This document shows, piece by piece, positions 12,430 to 26,383 of a stretch of 64,000 nucleotides of DNA. The DNA is from Takakia lepidozioides (lineage: Eukaryota; Plantae; Bryophyta): contig CM060733.1 in assembly GCA_030704615.1 (NCBI GenBank), positions 50,716,001 through 50,780,000 of the forward strand. Reading direction: 5' to 3'. The translations under genes and the position numbers were made by a program. The notes under the pieces were generated by a model. The model did not search any database, was not told the origin of the DNA, and was given only the letters and a program-made list of their open reading frames with translations. The number at the start of each line of letters is the position of its first letter. The stretch's first letter is position 1.

Positions 12430-15400
12430 TCTACGTGCTGCTAGAAGCTGTTGAAGCACTCACTCCTCTCAAAACAATTGGTCTGGACGGCCTACCTATT
12501 GAATTTTTCAAGGCCCTTTGGCAAGGATTTTCTTTGCATGGCAAACGATGTCCTTCTGAAAGGAATCATACCTTCGCATTTGGCTTAGGGAATCATCACA
12601 CTCATTCATAAAAAAGGGGACCGTGATAACTTGGCTAATTATAGGCCAATCACCCTGCTGAATTCCTCTTACAAGATTAATACGAAGGCGCTCGCCATTA
12701 GGTTGCAACTTGCAACCCTTATTGTCTAAGCTTATTTGACCAAAACAGACCGGGCTTTTGAAACGTAGGATGATTCTTGACAATATTCTCCTTCTCATGA
12801 GGTCACCATGCTCACTCCTCCAATCAACTTCTTGCTATGCTTATGCTAGATTTCGAAAAGACCTTCGATAACATCAACTGGGAGTACCTGCTAGGAGCTC
12901 TCAAAGCTTCTGGCATTACGAGTCACTTCCTCGATTGAATTCATATCCTCCTCTCCTTGGCATCCAGTAAGGTGATTATCAATGGTGTCATCTCCACATC
13001 CTTCCATTTCTTCAAATCTGCAAGACAAGGTTGCCCGTTGGCTCATTTCCTCTTCCTCGTTGCTGCGGATGGCCTTGGACATCTCATGGACAAAAGACTG
13101 GACTCTATCGGCCTTGTAATTCCGGATCCTCTCCAGGCCACTGCCTGATTTTATTCCCTCCATTAAGTCCTCTCACTTACGCTGATGATACCACTCACTT
13201 CATTGATAACAACTCTTTTTTGAATGTCTGTTCTATCCTCAACTCGCTTTCAAGCTTTTGCTTGGCTTCTGGGCTAATTTAAGTTAATTGGAACAAATCC
13301 GTGGGGCTGCTCAGTCATATGTCTGATACAAGTCCGCTGCTCATTGCACTCCCTGGTGCATGGATCTTGGTCTGCACTGGCTCGTTGAGGGGGAAACTCA
13401 TGTTTTTCTAGGGCATCAATTTGGCCATAATCTTCCTGATAATGTTCATTTTGCCCCTGTCATTGCTAAGCTCAGGAAGAAGTTGGCTTACTACTGGAGC
13501 TCCCTGCATCTCTCCATCTTTTGGCAGAGGGCTCGTGGTCAATCAGATCCTTCTGGCCTCTATATGGTTAATTTCTTCGGTTTGGTCCCCACTGCCTAGG
13601 CTCTTCCTCATCAACCACATTAAGTCATTGATGAGGAACGTCATATGGGGAGCTACCTCTGCCTCTTCCAACAAGAGAGCCCTGGTTAGCTGGTCTGAAC
13701 TCTGCCAAAAAAAAAAAATGGTGGCTTTGGGTATTCTTGATCCGCAATCCCAAATCACGGCCCTTTTAGCCATGGGTTCCTAGAGTTCTCTGCCACTTTG
13801 CTAGTCCGTGGAGCTGTTTGATCAAGCAAGTCCATCTAACTGCTGCTATTCCTCGTACCAGCCATTTGTGGCTCTCCTCGCTGAAATGGGTAGTTCAAGG
13901 GGGCAAGTTACTACGATTCATCGCCCAAACTTGGATCTCAGACCTGGCAGTCAATTTGGCATGTCTGGTGTAATCATGACTCCAAGGATCTTATTCTATG
14001 TTATAGGCCCATTGGGAGTCTTCTCCCCTCTCACATGTTTCTCACCTCTGGAACAAAGGTGCTGGTTCCTTAATCACTCCGGCCTTAGTTGCCGAGGGAT
14101 TCTCCTTCAGGAGGGTGTCTAGAGGCTGGGATACTGTTACTGGCAGCCTTCCACAATCGTGGTGTGATTTGCTTTCTTATCCTCACCCCTGCATTCTCCC
14201 ATTATGGCTTGGGTTCTCTTGGAACTCTGAGTTGAGAGCCTTATTTGCAATTTTCAGCCCATGATGGTCAATTAAGTGGCCCTTGTTTCAAGGTTCTCCC
14301 TGACGGTTCCCTATCTGCTCTTGAGCAGGCCGAGATTCTGCCTGCCAGTTTTGAATTCTATGTTAATAGGGTCTTCTGCCTTACTATTGGTAGGTCGAAC
14401 CTAGCCCCACCCCAACAGCTGCAGCACTATGCCCGAGATTTCAAATGGTTCTTTTCTGCTCCGATCAGGTTCTTGCAGTTTGATCACGGGGAGTGGTTCT
14501 GAATGAACAAGATTCATGATCATCTCTTCAGCTACTCTGTCAAGATGGGCTAACACCAACATGTAGCCCAGTGGTAAGGGCATATACCCTCTTACGAGTG
14601 GTTGTTGGTTCAAACCACCCTGTTGGTTGTTATAAAGGTGTCCACTTTCCTACCGGAAGGCAGTAGCCCTTCTGGGCCAAGTGACACCATAAGTTATGCT
14701 TGCTTCGGCAAAGTGTCCATTTTTTTTTTGTTTTCTTCAAGATGGGCTTTAGTCTCCTGATGCTGGCTATGAAATTCGAGCGTAAGTAATCCAAGAAATA
14801 GGCTCACAATCAGGGCCATCCTATCTTGTGGAAACCGGTCTGGAATGGTATTTCGAAAAAACACCGTTCTTCTCAAATTTCAGCCTTCCTCTGGAGAGTG
14901 GCCAACTGAATCCTTCATGTGGGACAGTTCTTTTCTGAGATCCCCTTTAATTGTTCTACTTGCAACCTTCAATTGATTGAGAGTATCGAGCATTGTCTGC
15001 TCCTCTGTCCGTTTGCCGCCTCTAGCTGGAACCATGTGGGTTGCTTTAAAGGAATTGTCCTCTGGCATCTATGGAAAGCGAGATGTCATTCTCTTCCAAA
15101 ACTCTCCTCCTTGTTTACAGAATTAGGTGTTGTTTGGAGTTCACTCATATTTAATGTCTGAGGCTCGCAAATCCCGATTGGTGCTGTCTGCAGCTTTTCT
15201 CAGATGTGGGAGCAGTAGGAGAACGCAGCTGTTTTTTGCCTTCGACAGGTCCTTGGGATCAAAAGGGGATTTCATCTACAAGCGTACCTCTGATACCAGA
15301 ATCCAATGGAACGACAACATCCCAACCTGCTGGAAAGCTCTAATAGCGCTAGGCGCTCCCCCAGCCGAGGCTGATGAAGCGGAGATGAACTGGCGTCACC

Positions 15401-15665
15401 ACCGTAGGCTCAGAACGGGCAAGTCCAAGGCTCGGCTGTCGTTTGAGCATCCCAAAAGGAAGCGTGGCTAGTCTTCTAGCTACTCTGGTTCTTGCTTAGC
15501 TGCTCTAGCTTACCTCCTAATTCTCTTATCCCTCTCAGTCTTTTTCCCTTCCTTCTGAACTCTAGGCTCGGAGCGGTGTCTCATTCCTCAGCCTTCATGG
15601 CCTTGTAAGGTTATTTTTTTCTTACCTTTAAATAAAATTTTCCAGGGCCTATGTCCCCTGTTCTC
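12430..15665 (+). mobile_element. Degenerate LINE (L1/Tx1-like) ORF2 with zf-RVT and 3' tail
   Basis: [56 protein letters not shown]...ESIEHCLLLC, ILWHLWKARC-like motif; ends AATAAA...AGGGCCTATGTCCCCTGTTC plus a microsatellite. Confidence 0.9.
14552..14736 (+). mobile_element. tRNA-derived SINE (family A, copy 1), inserted into the LINE
   Basis: A-box TAGCCCAGTGG, B-box GGTTCAAACC and T-rich tail; perfect 12-bp TSD TCAAGATGGGCT at 14540-14551 and 14737-14748; homologous to 63739-63910. Confidence 0.88.
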
Positions 15666-18600
15666 TCTCTATATATATATACATATTTTAAAAGCCAAAC
15701 CGTAACATTTGTCCACATACATTTAGGGTTTCAAAATATGCAACTAAGTGAGGGTGGATGGATGGGAAAGACAATAATGGAGGGCAGGGTGGGAGTCCCA
15801 AGTGGCAAGGTGGTGGTGATTTTTTTTGTTTTGTTGTGATGTTGTTGCTGGTGCCCTGACACAGTGGGGTAGGGAAGGGCAGCCTACTCTCTCTCTCATG
15901 TCCTTCACAATATCTGTGGGTCCCATATTCCTATTCTACATACATATATATATGTCTGTACTGGTTTATTTGCTTACTGGCCACTGATCCTGTCCAACTA
16001 GTAATCCTTTTAACTGTTCTGTTGGGCTTTATCAAAGTTGTGAGTAAGTAGTAGTCTATTTCACTAAACACACACATTTTATCAGCCAAGTATGATTAGG
16101 GTTTCTAATGACAATTATTGTCTGCCAGATTAGTACATAGGCTAATGAGTGTATGAATGATATGCTTGATGGTCGCCCATTAATTAGTCTGCACTTGGGA
16201 CTCACACACTGGCCACCTGAAGGCATATCCCTGAAGAAATTTGAGGTGTATTGTAGGTGCTGTGCCAGCATGTAGGTAGCTGTTCACATTTGTAAGGTCC
16301 AGTCTTTGGATGGCAATGATAGTTATTAATGTCCAGGGCAGTGTTCAGACAATAGGGCAGATGGGTTTTGTCGGTAGCACTAAGGAAATGCAAACAAGTC
16401 TGAGTATTAAAAAGTTTCTAAGAACTATAGTGTCTTCCAAGTTCCAAGTGTCACTCTTCTCAAATAATATCTGTAAAAAAAATAAAATTACTGAGAATTT
16501 CAGTTTTAAATTATTTCTGCCAAACTTATGGTTCTTGTAAGGCTGAGAACATTGGAGAAAGTGTGGAAGGTGTCAGAGAAATAATGTAAGCAACAAATAG
16601 GCAAAAGTTTTGTGAACCAAAGAGACTTTAAATGCTCCCCATTGTATTGCCTGACACCCACTCTGCATAAAACAATACATTTGCAGCCTATTTTTCATAC
16701 TTCCATATCATGTCTTGAAACCCTTTTTCCTGTCCTTTCATGAAACTTTGTCAAGGAGTTGCATCTAACTTATTACCGTGCTAAACTCGGTCTGGTTCAT
16801 CAACTCCACTATGAATGCACTGGGGTGTTGTGTGGGACTGGGATTTTGATCCTCATTCCTCTCCTCATGAAAAAGAAAGACTTGTCCTGCTCATGTGCAG
16901 AATTCTTGGGGATAGTGAGCACTGAGGGTCATCCTTGGTTAAAAGAACTAATGTTTGATATAAGATCAATGAACTGGAACATCAGGAGGAGGGAAATCCG
17001 CAGTTCACGGTTTATGGGTGGAATGCATGTGGGTCGGTCTGGCAGCAAGCTTGACCCAACAGGCCACCAACTTGCAAGAGTGATGATCCGGATGATACCA
17101 TTCAGTCTGGCAATGTCTACAGACCCTAAAAAACTGGAGCTAGGTAGTGTGTACAGTGTAGACGGCATAATTTGGAGGATTCTGGTCGCAATCTGACCTC
17201 ATTCATCGAGCCTGCTCAATCATTGAAAGTTCAAAGAGATGACCTAACTCAACTTCACCCAGTGCAATGCAGAACTGACAAGAGGTTCCAAGCTTCTGCT
17301 TTCCTAACTGTGGTTTGTACTCTATCATGGCACTTCCCTTTGTCCGAGCGCTTGGAGTCAGATGCAACTCGGCAGTGGGCCTTGTGTGGGTATTTTTTCC
17401 ACAACAAAAAGTTTTAAGAGATCAAGACAACAGGCTGTTGTTTCATGCCAAATCTTATCTATAACCTAAATCTTCTAAAGTGAGAGAAAGCAAGAACTAA
17501 AATTCATGTGAGTATTTAAGGATGTATTTAAGAGTCATTTGGATAGATGACGGCCCATTTTGTAGAGGAGGAGTAAATAGCACAAAGTCCTCTCTCTCCC
17601 CCTCAGTCTCTATGGATAGATGAAGTTACACGTGATCTATCTAGAAAGGAGGAGTAAATTTATCTTTAATAGATAGCATAAAAAGTTAAAAGTTTGTTTT
17701 AACATCCAAAGAGTTTACAAAGCTTACTGAGGGGCACATGTTGAATTTAGCCCAGGATCACCCTGGATGTGCTGCCAGCTGTAATTGTAGAGTAAGAAAA
17801 ATAGCGCTTACAGGGGTAAGATTCATTGTGAGTTAATCCGTTCCTGTAAGATCCGCTTACTAGAGATTCTCTTCCTGCAGTTAATGGAAGAAGGGCCAAG
17901 AGTCCCTATCTTGCTCTGGAGGAACTGCAGATCAGTACTCCAATCACCCTATCTCAGCTTGTGCTCATTATACTCGACACCATATCACATTGACACCCTA
18001 GGCTATAGCCCAAGTGATTTCACTCATGTCACTCCAAAGAAGAAGGTACGTAAGGGTTTAGATGGACGCACCCACCTACCAATTCACCATGACAGAGTGC
18101 GGATGAGCTAGGTGCCTTGTGTGAATACTGAAAGTCTACGGAATTCGAGCCAGCAAATTAGCTGCATTGGTCCAAGAGTAGGTCGTCATATGCCGATCCA
18201 AAGTGATGTAACCATTATGTGGATGTACCGACGCTTCCATTCCTAAATGATGTAAGCGTTCTGGAAACATTCAATGTAACTCGGGAGGTTAATCAGATGG
18301 TCCAGTTCGAATCAGTTCAGCTATTTATGTGCATCAAATCCGAACTGATAGTTGACAGGAATCCAGCAACAGCCTAGTAATTTCTGGTAATTTCTGGTAA
18401 TTTCTGTCGTGGTAGCTTGTATAGTTCTTGGTAATTTGTTTTATCCTTCTTTCTTCTAAAACTCACATTGAACTCGTGGGGAGCAAGTCATCAACACTGA
18501 AGAGTTATAATTAGCTTGCAATGAAATTAGCTTTGCTCTTGTATAATGAAACGTGCTGCCCTCCGGACTGAGAATTGGTAAAATGGAGTCGCCCGCCGAC

Positions 18601-21050
18601 CTACTTACTTCCTTTATTCTCCAAGTGGCGGTACTGGAAGCATGCAATCTGCAGACATGAATTCCTATTGAACACTGAGATATGGGGATATTCAAGGCCA
18701 GTCTGCATCTCCGCAATGAACAAGAAGCATCACACATGCGCTAACACATGCTTCCCTGAAACGCGCCAGAAATCATGGTGTGCAGGCGTTGGCCCTTGCC
18801 AAGCTCTAAATTCAGCCTCTTTCTTTATGGACTGTTCGGTCCCCACTTTTCGGTGCTCTATTGAGATTTAGCACTCGTATATTTAGTGAAAGCGTGGATC
18901 AAAACGGTCTTTGAAGTTTGAACCCAGGGAGGGGAAGCAGCTTGTCAACTGGCACCCCCTCAGGACTTAGTCCTGGGCTCCAATGAGCTGTAGAACTTTA
19001 AAATCCCGACTTATGCATTCAGGGACTGGGTCTTACACTTCAATGAGCTGTAGGACTTTGACTCTTCATAAAACTGCATCAAAACCCCAATTGCCTCTTT
19101 GCCAATAGGACAAACAAAAGGCAAGAGCTGGCATAAAATCAGTGCCTCCCTCCTTGTGAGCTCATTGGCCAGTAGCCCACATATACTACAGGATTCGTTT
19201 GGTAGTTCCCAAACTGTGGACTGATCTCCTCAGCAGTTTTGTGACCTACCCAAAGTCTCAGGCACAGTCTTATGGGTGAACCTAAGTTCTACAAAAGGTG
19301 AATGTATTTGACTGCATTTGATGAAAACCAGAAATTTCTTAGTTAGCTTGGTTACTTAGGCGGATTATGGGAACAAGTACAGACCATGGCCACTTATCTG
19401 GCCTCCCATTATGGGTTTTATTGTTCTAGTAAGAACACAGGCTACTGGTCTGTCACACAAAATTATGTGACACGGTTGCTCCCAGTGCTGAGTGTGCTGC
19501 TGCTTACTGTCTCGTCACCCACAATTATTGGTACTCACAAAATTGAAGATACTCAATTTGTAGGACAAAGGGAGGGAATTCTATCTGGGCCCAATTCTCA
19601 ATAAGAGCTTTGAGACAAAAAGACAGCTGATGCAAGCTAATATGACATGTGGAGTTTGAAGACTGGTAGTAACATGGATCCAACAGTGCCTGATTGCACC
19701 TGAATGCCAATGCATGAATGCATGGCTGCATATTGACTTTCATAGAAAGGCTATGCCAGACCTTATATGGACCCCAACTATCCTGCGCATTTCTCGATTC
19801 ATGTGCACATCTCTCAAGGACTATGCTAATACAGCCCCACCCCCAGAGTCTGTAACACACATATTGCTAAATTCAACAAAGATAAGCTTATGGGTTGTGC
19901 ACAATTCCGCAGGAAAGTGCAAGGCAACAACATGTAACATGCCATGAAGCAGTGTGGGCATGGGATGAGATGGGTGCACAGAAAGAGTGTGCTGGTGGAC
20001 GAAAGGAAATGGCAGGCCAGCGACAGCGACCAACCGCATAACACATTCACACTCGAGACTGTGCGATCTCAGAGTAAAGCACGAACAAATGCGAGTCTCA
20101 CGTGCGCCGTGGAAGCGCACAGTCCGGGGGGCGTGCATTATGAGGAGGGACCCACGCATAATGCCATGGAGCGCATTAGCGCAGGGATGCATGAAGCACA
20201 TTCAGCGATCGATGCATGAGTGATGCACAGCGCATGAAGAAAAGCTGCAGCGAACCGGAGGAAGCGACCGACATGTTCGCTTTCATTTAGAGAGGGGGCC
20301 TGAGCAACCATCTTTGTAAATCGAGTCTGACCAAGTAGAGAACAGAGCACTCCGGGTGCTCTCGAGAAGCATTACTGAAAACGTCCTGCCTTCTCACTTC
20401 GTCAGTGCTCAAGACGCTCGTGATCTCTGGTCAGTTCCTGCAGCTGGATAGAACTGAATCTACCCACAGTTCAGGTTGCACTGCTTCGGTTGAAGTATCG
20501 ATTCGACGCCCATTCTGTGTGCCCGCCCATATGAGGGTGGTGAGTACTGTGTAGCATCCGGAAGTTGGAAGCTTAGTGGTTGCCCAATACAGTTGTGTGC
20601 TGGCGGAGAATGCTGGCCTTTCTTTCAAATCTGGGCCAGGAATCCCTCGGAGGAGAGCTACACATATGTTGAGCCTTTTGGCAGGCACATGGGCGTGGTG
20701 AGACGGACCTTTGAAAGAGGGGCAGTTTCGTAGGCAACTGGAAGGCCAGTAACGAGCTTAGAACAAGAGTGCTGCCGGGATCACACCACATTTGGAATTG
20801 ACAGGGTTGAACATCGGCGAACTGTGGTGCAACAAAAAAGTTACAATGAGCTGCTCTAGCCGTACCTCATTTTGCAGCCGATCACCGTTGAGAGATATGG
20901 GGCTGCCCGCCATCTATATTATGCGTCGGTTCTAGAGTTGCACCAAGTGCGTGCATCTCGTTGCTCTCGGTGCCGAGGCTCCAGCTCGGCTTTGGAAGAC
21001 GTGTAAAACATCTTTTTGACCTGTCGAAAATTCGACAGGAAAGCATTAAA

Positions 21051-24000
21051 ATGGGAGAATTGGTGGAAGCGTTGCTGCCTCAATCGATCTTCAGTCTACT
21101 AGATCAGTTACTTGCACTGTGGAACACAGTGCGAGCACCGATAGTAGCACCGCTGCTGCAATGGGCCATCAATATTTGCTTGGTGATGGTCACCATGCTG
21201 TTCATCGAGCGGTTATTCATGTGCGGGGTGTTGGTAGTCGTAAAGTTGATGCGTCGCACCCCAGAAACGATCTACAAGTGGGAAGCTATCAAGGACGACG
21301 TGGAGTTGGGGAATTCTGCTTATCCCATGGTTTTGGTACAGATTCCCATGTACAATGAGAGAGAGGTGCTCGTTCTCTCCATCTCTCTCTCTCTCTCTCT
21401 CAACTTTCGAGTTCTGAAGCATCTCTTTTGACTCTCACCTGTCTAAGGCCGGTTACGAAATTTTGAATGAAGTAACGCTACTGAGGAGCCACATCACATT
21501 CAGCAGCCTTCATTTTCCCTTTGAACTTGCAGTTCACTGCGAGCATACAGTCGGCGAGTCTAGTTGGTCAGGTTTCTCACATGGTGAAGGTTCAGTCCTC
21601 AGGTCGGTAAGAGTGCAAGGGCGTGGTGAGAAGTTGTTGTAAGAGATTTGTTCTCCCAGGCCAGAGTTGTAAAGAAAAGAGGTGGTGCATGGATGGAGCA
21701 GGTGTATCAGCTGTCAATACAGGCGGCGTGTGGATTGTCGTGGCCATCTGATCGCATTATTATTCAAGTGTTAGATGACTCCACGGATCCTTCTATCAAA
21801 GTATGCAACCGACCTTGGTGCCTCAGTAGCCCCGTTTTGGGACACATGTTGTATCTCTCTGCTGACTTTCCAACGACCAGACTTGCTAGGAGTGTTTGGG
21901 AAGTTGTGAAATCCTTGCAATTTACATTAAAACGCCAGCAGACCTGGTCCATAGAATTTCTGTGGGCACCACAATGCTTGTACACGAGCACTGCAGAACC
22001 TACACACATGCACAGTGGAGTCTTGCAGCGAGCCAGACTGACGCACGATGCACGTCTTCTTACAGGAACTGGTGCAGATAGAATGTCAACGCTGGGCCAG
22101 TAAAGGTCTCAACATCAAGTATGAAGTTCGAGGTAGTCGAAAGGGTTACAAGGCAGGAGCGCTGCGGCAAGGGATGAAGCACCCCTATGCTCAGAAATGC
22201 GACTTTGTGGCCATCTTCGATGCTGATTTCCAGCCCGAGCCGGAGTTTTTGTGGCGCACTGTCCCCTACCTCGTTCACAATCCCCAGCTGGCGTTGGTCC
22301 AGGCCCGGTGGAAGTTTGGTACACTGCACACACCCTACCTACCCTGCCTGCATCCTCTTGTCATTGCATTCTCCTCTATCTGCCCCAGCCTTGCAATCTA
22401 TCTAATCTCCAAGTTCTCAGTGAGACCTGAACAGTTGGATATAACTTGCTCAAACCCACCAGCAAGAAATTGTTATACTACCCAGCGGTTCACGAGTCAG
22501 TCTTACATCTCGTTAGAGAACTCGGAGCTCCGCACACCAATTTCTAGCTCCCGAGCGTCATTTACAAATGACCTCGACAGATTTGTTTAAGGCAACTGAA
22601 GAGTTTATCTCCTAGTTGGAGGTGTTGTCCCCATCCATGACAGCCTCATCCATGATCAGAGACTGTAAGTACATAATCTGCATGAGCTGGTTGCATGTGT
22701 ACCTCTCTCCTCATGCTGGATCCATCAAATTCTTCCAAATCTGAACGTCCCATCTGTTTACACCTCGTGGCTACTCTCTCCTCCACCAAACTGGTGACAG
22801 TGAGAAGGTGGCTAGACAGCTCCTAGCTGCTGCATCCGACCGGCAACGGTACAGTTATGGAGGTGAAAAGTGTAAAGAAGCATCTCAGTCGTCTCTCTCC
22901 CCCGACACACTGCGGAACTGAACATGTGTCGCCAGCGGGAGTCTGCCACCCATTGGGATTTCAGTTCCCACGCTGGATGTCTCATTCATCCTCGTCCCTT
23001 TCTTCATCCATCTCTCGGTAACACCTCTCGGTAACACGCACGGTTCTGCTCTACAACCGTGCGACGGACGGACGTAGTCTCCGTCGAGGATTCGTGCGCA
23101 TCCGTCAGTCTCCGTCGTCTCCCTCGGTCGGGCTCCTTCGTCCGGAGTGTACTGCAGAGCAGCACTTACGGTGCGCAGCTGTTTGCGGGGGGGCCAATGA
23201 AGCAGGCGATCAGATGTGGGTCCCGCAATAATGCACTGATGCTGTCGCCGACAGCTCTTAAAGGCTGTGTCGTATATTATTTTGTATGATGGGAATGTTT
23301 GATCCGATAGAGTGGTGGTGGTAATGAATTAGGGTGTCAGTAAGAGAAGAATCCCTGCCTGCGTACATGCATCCGCCATAGCTGTGAGCCACAGTGCTGT
23401 GGTGGGCCATGATGACGGACTTTGAATCCACATGGGATCATGGATTTCACATTCCGTGTACCGAAGAGTACAGAGGAATTATTATTGAGCCTTATAGATG
23501 TGCGTCTGGGACTGGGACGGTTGTGGGATTGGTATTCATGACACTACAAAGTTTTAAACTCTACCGCCCTTCGTTACTCGGAATGAGATGCTTGAGATTT
23601 TACTTCGCAACAGGAAGAGTTGAGTGCATGTTTTCCGCGACGTTCAATGTGCATGAGATTCACGGAAAGCCCAGTGTGACCCAGTCAAGAACGGAAGTAA
23701 TTGTTAGCTGCAGTTTCAGGAGCATGGTAAATTCTCGTGTTTCCAAGGGCGCTTGATCCGATCTCGAATGTCAGATGTTTAAACTGGTGTGGATTTAGAC
23801 TTCAATGCAGGTGAAGAACTAAATTTGGATTTGTTTGTGTATTGAGCACTTTGGGGTATTATATTAGCACCGCCTTTTCTCCTGAATCCGCCACTAAATG
23901 TTTTTCTTGTTGCGCAGTGAATGCGGATGAGTGCCTCATGACGAAGATGCAGGAGGTATCACTGAATTATCACTTTTCTGTGGAGCAGCGAGTGGGCTCT

Positions 24001-26383
24001 GCTACCTACGCTTTCTTCGGCTTCAACGGTATGCATTCGTGATTCTTGGATTCGCAGTCTCGATGAAAGTTGACTGCATTTCAGGCTTTGTTTGATCTAT
24101 GTTCAGATAGTCAGTTTGCAGGTTCTTAAGATTCTGAACCCACTCATACTAGGTTTCTGGTGAAGTTTGCTGAATGTCTTCTTCTGTATCAGTTACTGAG
24201 GGAGCTTGTGGTTAGGCACTGAAGACAGAAGTAGGTGGCCTGAGTGTTGGAACTTACCTGTAGATCTATGTTGGAGGCTACTTTGTGTGTAACACCTGCG
24301 AGGGGGGCAGTCTGGCCAAACTGGTGGCTAGGGCTTCTGAGTCTCTGGAATTAATTGAGTGCATGAAGTCCTCGGTGGAAAGCATGCAGTGGTCATAGGT
24401 GGAAGAGGCACTCATGTTAATTGTGTCTTGCATCATTTCTTCCTTACCTATGCTTCAAACTATACATCCCTGGGGGGTTTTGGTCCGGTGTTGGTGAATC
24501 CTACAGTCCTAGATTCTCACCGAATAGCTTGAAAAAGTACATAGCTAACATAACATTTGTATGGATAGCATATGGATGTGGCAAAGTGACATCTATACCA
24601 TGCATGCAATTCTAGACTAACTAGTGAACCTGGACATGGTCTTTCCAGGGACTGCTGGAGTGTGGCGAATTCGTGCCATGGATGAAGCGGGAGGTTGGAA
24701 TGACCGCACAACTGTTGAAGACATGGACTTGGCTGTGCGAGCTAGTTTGAAAGGATGGAAATTTGTGTACCTACATGACCTGGAGGTAATGGCTCTCTTA
24801 TTCAACTGCAAATTTGGCTCACATTTTGACACAAGTGTAGTCACTATTCTTGCTGGTCCTTCCTAGCTTTGGTTAGCAAGATGGCTGGGTGTGAAAATGC
24901 TAGCAGTAGGACAAGAGAGGGGACAACCATACTCCTACATTTTGTGCACTAAAGTGACTTGATAGATAACATCAAAACCTGGTACTGTGTTTGCACTAGG
25001 ACTTCAGCTATAAGGCATCCAGGAGCCCTTCTAGAGTCTTTGTGTTACCACAACTCAGTGAGTGAGGAATGACTTTTGGTGGGACAGTGCAAGAATGAGC
25101 TGCCCAGTACATTCAAAGCATTTCGGTATCAACAACATCGCTGGTCGTGCGGCCCAGCAAATCTATTTCGCAAAATCTCCCCCCAAATCGTAAATAACAA
25201 GGTCTGTCGCAGGTTCCTGTATTTGGCACATCTGTTGACTCAGCATGTCTTTCTTCCTTCGGCTTGTTTGTTTGGTGGTGCCACTCTATTTTCCTTACGG
25301 CTGCTCTGATGCTGCAACATTGCAACTGATGTACTGAGATATTGATGTATGCAGAAAGTGAAGACATGGAAGAAAGTGCACATGCTGTACGCCTTCTTCT
25401 TTGTGCGCAAGATCATTGCTCACATTGTCACCTTCATTTTCTACTGCCTTGTCATCCCTGCCACTGTGCTGGTGCCTGAAGTTGACCTGCCCTTGTGGGG
25501 GGCTGTCTATATTCCATCCGCTATAACGCTTATGAATGCTGTCACCACGCCTAAGTAAGTATCTCCGTGCCAAAGTATCAGAGTCTCATAGGTGTTCTAT
25601 ATGTGCTCTCTTCTTCCCCTTACCAACTCCCATCCTTTTTCATCAAGCCATGAAATGTTATTGCTGTGCATGCATCAGCGTGTGGATCTAGGTCTAGAAC
25701 TGAAACACTGGAGGCCCACAACAGATCAGAAAGCTTCCGAAATTGTATGATAGAACTCTACTCAATTTGAGCGCTGAAAGTGTACCTATCAAGTCAAGCA
25801 TAAAGTAAACATGGGGGATGTGTGCAGGTCGCTGCATTTGCTGGTGTTTTGGATTCTCTTTGAGAATGTGATGTCCTTGCACCGCACCAAGGCCACTTTC
25901 ATAGGTCTCTTGGATATCGGCCGTGTCAACGAATGGATCGTTACTGAAAAACTGGGAAATCTCATGAAGTACAAAACATCATCAAAACTAAACGGGAAGA
26001 GATATACATTGCAACGTTTGGCGAGCAGTGTGATTGTCAGGGGATGGAAGATGGGAGAGAGGTAGCACCCTGCCCTCAACCTCACACACTTAAGTTCTGT
26101 TAGTTGCAGGTAGGTAGTTGTAGCTGGAATCTCATGTACCAAGGATACCATTCAAGAATGCACAAAGAAGATACAGAATAAGAGGCTAATAAATTACCAT
26201 TGTATGTCTGACAGGATGAACCTTTTGGAGCTCTGGACTGGAGGATATCTGCTATTCTGCTCATGGTACGACTTTTGGTACCAAGGAAAAAACCACTTCT
26301 TTATCTACCTCTTTTTGCAAGGGTGTGCGTTTATCATCATGGGCATGGGTTATGTTGGTACATATGTACCACAGAGCTCTTAG
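21051..26383 (+). CDS. CSLA: Cellulose synthase-like A (glucomannan 4-beta-mannosyltransferase, GT2), 543 aa
   Basis: Nine GT-AG exons: 21051-21365, 21702-21800, 22066-22318, 23918-24028, 24649-24785, 25088-25201, 25355-25554, 25828-26061, 26215-26383 (1632 nt, open frame). Motifs [47 protein letters not shown]. Confidence 0.96.

Noticed and set aside
7900-15665. Active LINE retrotransposons
   Set aside because: Many stops, frameshifts and nested insertions; no ORF1 or intact endonuclease domain seen.
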